In this document: positions 62,059-64,000 of the stretch, one piece after another | Position numbering within the stretch: the first letter of the stretch is position 1 | How the letters are laid out: each line of letters opens with the position of its first letter | From: Paraphysomonas bandaiensis | Taxonomy: Eukaryota; Protista; Chrysophyceae | DNA length: 64,000 nucleotides | NCBI GenBank assembly: GCA_965644295.1 | Contig: CBFFRP010000426.1 | Span: forward strand, 186,001-250,000 | Direction of reading: 5' to 3' | Position numbers and translations under genes: made by a program | The notes under the pieces: generated by a model | Told to the model about the DNA's origin: nothing | What the model saw: only the letters and a program-made list of their open reading frames with translations | Databases searched by the model: none

Positions 62059-62519
62059 AGGGGCTCTATTTGTGTACGGCTAATACCGTACTTGTTATTG
62101 GCTATTCAAATATTTGTTACTGGTTTTCATTGTCTAATATACAAATGAATAGCGATGCATGATTGTGTTGGTGTTGCTCGCACTCAATAAATAAGAGCAT
62201 CTGACTGTAAGTAATCAAGATCTGTTTATATATTATAGTTAATGTGATGAGCTACAAACCTACTCCATATCAATTAGCTAGTGTGCTTGTATCAATTAAT
62301 CTGAGTTGACTTGAGTATTAACTTAACAAGACATGTCAAATTCGACTACAATATACTGCATTGTATCATCCGTAGCAAGAAATATTAGATTTGGAATTTA
62401 GTAGATGCTACCTATTTCCTGCGGTGTCAACCCCAAAGCACTCTGCTTTCCAAAAAACTTTTTCACAAAATACAGTTATGATTAGAAATTAATATACACA
62501 CTATTATGTTTATTATATT

Positions 62520-63367
62520 TTAGAGTATGTATGATGCAACTAAACACAAAACAAGGACGCCAACAATGTCCATTAATACCTGGATAAAAAATATCGTTAG
62601 AAAGTAGCACGGTATATACCCCACAAATTAATCAGCATAAAGAGTATCAATATAATGTATGTAATGTCAATAAAACACGATCTACGCATACGCAAAACGA
62701 AACACAACTTATATTCGGTAGAGAATAGCTATTGACAGATGTGGCAGACCTGAACTGACGTTGCACCGTGAGCAGGATCCACTCCCATGAATAACATCAC
62801 AAAGGGTAGAACACTTCCGAGGAATATAGATATAAACAATATCAGCACTAACGCAGTTGTAATTACTCCTACGTGTTGTATTAGGCTCGTTCATTCGTTT
62901 TCGATTAGTATTGTACCTGTTTCCTTTAAGGACGATTCAGGTGATAGGAATACGCGTAAACAACCTGCTAGTCCTACAAAAACGCATATTCCGATTGCAC
63001 CACCACATTCTTGTAAAATCAACACAAATTGCCACTTGGGTTGTGTTTTTTCGAGAGCGATCTCACGTATTACTTTCACCGCAGCTTGGTTTCCAGCATT
63101 CCCACCAGCCCCAATTAACATGGTCATAAAGGCAACAAGAGTTGGATGGCGAGATAGAAGCATTTCATATTTTACAAGAATAATAGATGAAAAACTTTGA
63201 ACACAAAGAAATCCAATAAGCCAAACTGATCGCTCTAGAATAGAACTGGTTACAGTATCTACTCTTTCCACTTTGGTGTTACAGTTTTTTTCTTTGCATG
63301 TTTCATCATTACTATCAATAGATATAAAAGCTTCAATATCATCCATACTTTTCTCTAATATAACCAT
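62520..63367 (-). CDS. MgtE/SLC41-type divalent cation transporter membrane domain (3 exons)
   Basis: ERSVWLIGFL; MLIGAGGNAGNQA; GVDPAHG; last exon VLMDIVGV with the conserved Asp. Confidence 0.88.
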
Positions 63368-64000
63368 GTAGTATGATTATGTTATTAGTATAAGTAAGAT
63401 GTGACCTTATATCATCGCTACACCAATAAGACCCGAGTGTCGGATAATTCGAATGATGTGATTGGTGATTCATGAGGATTATGACTTTCTGAATTGTACG
63501 ATACAGACTTCTCTCTCGGCTCTTAGATGACTCTGTGTATCAGATATGGATATCATCTTGAATGTTTCCTATATCTATATAGATCCAAACCTTAAGTGCT
63601 GGTGTGATGGACTGGAAGATTGCGTGGAGGATATCAAGCCTCTCAAAACCCCGAGTTTTTGTATAAATATAAGCTTTCATTCGACCGCCCATCTTTCTTC
63701 TGGGTGTAGATTTTTTTCAGTTTCTAGCAAAAAGATCGGTTAAAGATTGTAATTCTCTGAGAAAGAACAATGACGTTGTGTACGTACCATACCGATACAT
63801 TTCATATCCTTCTTTTATTTTTTATAAAAAGTCGAGAAGGTTTTTCCTTCAGCCAATAGAATAACAGGAAAGTGTGGATTGTACAGGGAATTACTGTAAT
63901 AAGAGATCGATGAGTGTATATACAAGTATGTGAGGTAAGTCATACACAAGACATAGAGCAGACATATAGTAGCTGAGCACACAATAACCACCATATGTTG

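Noticed and set aside
63445-63495. Box C/D-like motifs (ATGATG ... CTGA) with a short terminal stem
   Set aside because: Very short, imperfect C box and no convincing guide target; needs snoscan/Infernal and small-RNA data.

Overview
Eukaryotic nuclear DNA: AT-rich, gene-dense, with short (mostly 37-60 nt) GT-AG introns. Gene content (JHY-like ciliary protein, 7TM-TKL kinase, CDPK-like kinase, RAP-repeat protein) suggests a flagellated protist, probably a stramenopile (inference only). About 22 protein-coding genes are supportable, mostly as head-to-head pairs. Long (TATG/CATA)n arrays sit in divergent spacers and most transposon debris sits in convergent ones. Main highlight: an intronless 1136-aa, probably mitochondrion-targeted protein with 20 perfectly phased 40-aa helical repeats (exact 120-bp period) fused to a RAP/Vsr-like nuclease-fold domain, a candidate modular nucleic-acid reader plus nuclease. 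Other highlights: three myo-inositol-1-phosphate synthase copies (one inverted, two tandem) with a gene-conversion mosaic; two related non-LTR retrotransposon 3' ends joined tail-to-tail with a 20-bp TSD; an MLH3 lacking its GHKL ATPase motifs but keeping the endonuclease motifs; a helicase-less family A polymerase with Leu at the O-helix Phe/Tyr site; a myristoylated tandem prokaryote-type cupin; a spliced 73-aa N/S/G/Y-rich microprotein missed by the ORF track; and hAT-like MITEs. No rRNA, tRNA or CRISPR array was recognised. All gene models were spliced by hand and no database search was run.
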